Assembly: GCA_017472735.1 (NCBI GenBank)
Contig: JAFUOD010000002.1
Coordinates: 68,226-132,225 of the forward strand
Origin: Oscillospiraceae bacterium
Lineage (GTDB): Bacteria; Bacillota; Clostridia; Oscillospirales; Ruminococcaceae
Direction: 5' to 3'
Length of the DNA: 64,000 nucleotides
This document shows positions 63,874 to 64,000 of the stretch, in pieces. Numbering within the stretch: the stretch's first letter is position 1; every line of letters starts with the position of its first letter. A program made the translations under genes and the position numbers. The notes beneath the pieces were generated by a model. It made no database searches and was not told where the DNA came from. It saw only the letters and a list, made by a program, of their open reading frames with translations.

Positions 63874-64000
63874 TTGGCAATCATCGAGATCAAAGATTTA
63901 AGAAAAACGTACAAGCTTGGTAACGAGCGTGTACATGCCCTTAAAAGAATTAATTTGACAATTGAAAAAGGCGAAATCTGCTGTGTTCTGGGTACTTCGG
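63874..64000 (+). CDS. ABC transporter ATP-binding protein, N-terminal fragment (continues beyond the window)
   Basis: TTG start after GGGAGG. (L)AIIEIKDLRKTYKLGNERVHALKRINLTIEKGEICCVLGTS leads into Walker A. Confidence 0.7.
   Translation, partial: MAIIEIKDLRKTYKLGNERVHALKRINLTIEKGEICCVLGTS

Noticed and set aside
1-64000. A scan for rRNA, tRNA, tmRNA, transposases, integrases and prophage genes.
   Set aside because: No long non-coding gaps other than those described were found. There are no tRNA-like T-arm or acceptor patterns in the intergenic regions, and no ORF has recognisable recombinase or phage structural motifs.

Overview
This window looks like a largely core chromosomal segment of a spore-forming, plant-polysaccharide-degrading Clostridia genome, probably Oscillospiraceae/Ruminococcaceae-like, in the mid-40s % G+C by eye. 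That placement rests on gene content (dpaAB, rnfCDGEAB, GH43/GH5/GH94, feoAB).

I support about 65 protein genes. They include:
- a CsbB-like GT2 plus YfhO glycosylation pair
- pduL
- a feoA-feoA-feoB plus Cys-rich peptide operon, with a divergent DtxR-family regulator and three matching operators
- araD
- a cobalamin-riboswitch unit
- dpaAB, trmB, and a RodA/FtsW-family gene
- a VTC plus DUF4956 pair, and a large CotH-family protein
- an ECF sigma/anti-sigma pair
- GH94 and two GH5 paralogs
- a complete rnf operon followed by NusG-II, a Gx transporter, a duplicated lipoprotein and apbE
- an LtaS-family gene, citrate synthase, and a two-component system
- prmC, recA, recX, rimO and pgsA

I saw no rRNA, tRNA, CRISPR array, transposase or integrase.

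The most unusual signal is non-coding. Seven GC-rich (about 70% G+C) intergenic elements lie at 7.9, 14.3, 23.0, 24.8, 32.1, 44.2 and 50.2 kb. Each sits directly 3' of a gene. They are built from nested perfect hairpins, several capped by UUCG, GAAA, GAA or UUC loops, and share short modules in either orientation.

Secondary points of interest:
- the expanded Rnf/ApbE flavinylation neighbourhood: a tandem-domain RnfG, a Cys-rich tail on RnfE, and an internally duplicated lipoprotein with an AGCT motif
- the VTC/DUF4956 pair
- a trio of small unknown proteins
- a PrmC C-terminal fusion

All family assignments come from reading the translations by eye. No database search was run.
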